A stretch of DNA of 64,000 nucleotides from Chiloscyllium plagiosum (Eukaryota): positions 35,362,771 to 35,426,770 of the forward strand of contig NC_057720.1 of the NCBI RefSeq assembly GCF_004010195.1. The letters run 5' to 3'. The notes beneath the pieces are model-generated. The model was not told the origin of the DNA. It made no database searches and worked only from the letters and a program-made list of their open reading frames with translations. Numbering within the stretch: position 1 is the stretch's first letter; each line of letters begins with the position of its first letter. Shown in pieces: positions 63,976 to 64,000 of this stretch. The position numbers and the translations under genes are program-made.

Positions 63976-64000
63976 AGTCCTACCACAAACTGACTTAGAA

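Overview
Repeat-rich vertebrate genomic DNA, most likely from a cartilaginous fish (inferred from HE1-like V-SINEs and HER1/CR1-like LINEs). The only host coding exon I can support is the terminal exon of RNF220 on the minus strand (58890-58961, GAKKLCPQCNTITSPGDLRRVYL*), with a probable ~1.7 kb 3'UTR. The remaining ~57 kb downstream is largely retroelements: several CR1 subfamilies, a second CR1/L2-group family, a Rex1/Babar fragment, a decayed full-length L1 nested in an old CR1, several tRNA-derived SINEs, Penelope-like (PLE) RT/GIY-YIG fragments, and a 44-bp GC-rich minisatellite. The most interesting signal is a dispersed set of about a dozen PLE terminal-repeat-derived inserts, mostly 80-230 bp. 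Many are fold-back palindromes (two have perfect ~90-bp arms), many have 9-16 bp target-site duplications (TSDs), and several carry a minimal hammerhead ribozyme core (CUGANGA-N-stem II-GAAA-short palindromic stem III) with covarying stem II. Minimal hammerheads in PLEs are established; whether these short forms are a self-propagating non-autonomous family is untested. Family names come from motif recognition, not database searches, and boundaries of old repeats are approximate.
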